NCBI GenBank assembly: GCA_049700215.1
Contig: JBNAVT010000011.1
Span: forward strand, 1-49,241
DNA from: Thermoproteota archaeon
GTDB lineage: Archaea > Thermoproteota > EX4484-205 > JAAOZP01
Reading direction: 5' to 3'
DNA length: 49,241 nucleotides
Shown here one piece after another: positions 49,147 to 49,241 of the stretch. Numbering within the stretch: position 1 is the stretch's first letter; each line of letters starts with the position of its first letter. The position numbers and the translations under genes are program-made. The notes beneath the pieces are model-generated. The model saw nothing but the letters and a program-made list of their open reading frames with translations, was not told the origin of the DNA and searched no databases.

Positions 49147-49241
49147 ATGAAAATGCTGAACGACAGGAGGGGCGTAAGCCCAGTGATAACGACAGTAATA
49201 ATCGTCGCAGTAGGCATAACTATTGCAATCGCGGTAGCGCT
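49147..49241 (+). CDS. Archaeal type IV pilin, N-terminus only (truncated by the window end)
   Basis: MKMLNDRRG|VSPVITTVIIVAVGITIAIAVA; GAGGTGA RBS; TTTAAATA TATA at about 49096. Confidence 0.88.
   Translation, partial: MKMLNDRRGVSPVITTVIIVAVGITIAIAVA

Overview
Archaeal chromosomal window. Archaeal signatures are TATA/BRE promoters, GGTGA/GGAGG ribosome-binding sites, class III signal-peptide pilins, HerA/NurA, a RadB-like protein, Trm14 and a presenilin-like protease; a sugar-using TACK-type lineage is only an inference. From left to right it contains: (1) two paralogous small membrane proteins under a perfect NikR-type palindrome; (2) a presenilin-family protease; (3) a class III ribonucleotide reductase NrdD with four LAGLIDADG inteins (1716 of 2430 aa); (4) a tightly packed minus-strand run: membrane pseudo-ATPase, catalytically dead HerA/VirB4-like protein, RadB-like ATPase, membrane-anchored coiled-coil protein, frameshifted secreted protein ending in a PD-(D/E)xK nuclease (polymorphic-toxin-like), and a candidate immunity gene; (5) divergently, a membrane-tethered ArsR regulator and herA-nurA-DHH, with GGTAA palindromes in the shared promoter region; (6) a surface protein, CBS protein, GH4, Trm14, GH29, a GH53 pseudogene and an aldolase/kinase/isomerase sugar cluster; (7) acylphosphatase, a HAD hydrolase and a HEPN-MNT pair; (8) a type IV pilus locus with a giant adhesin. 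Across the window, alternating (GC)n tracts sit almost only at pseudogene breakpoints and in intergenic relics. No rRNA, tRNA or CRISPR array was recognised. All family assignments come from recognising motifs by eye, not from database searches.
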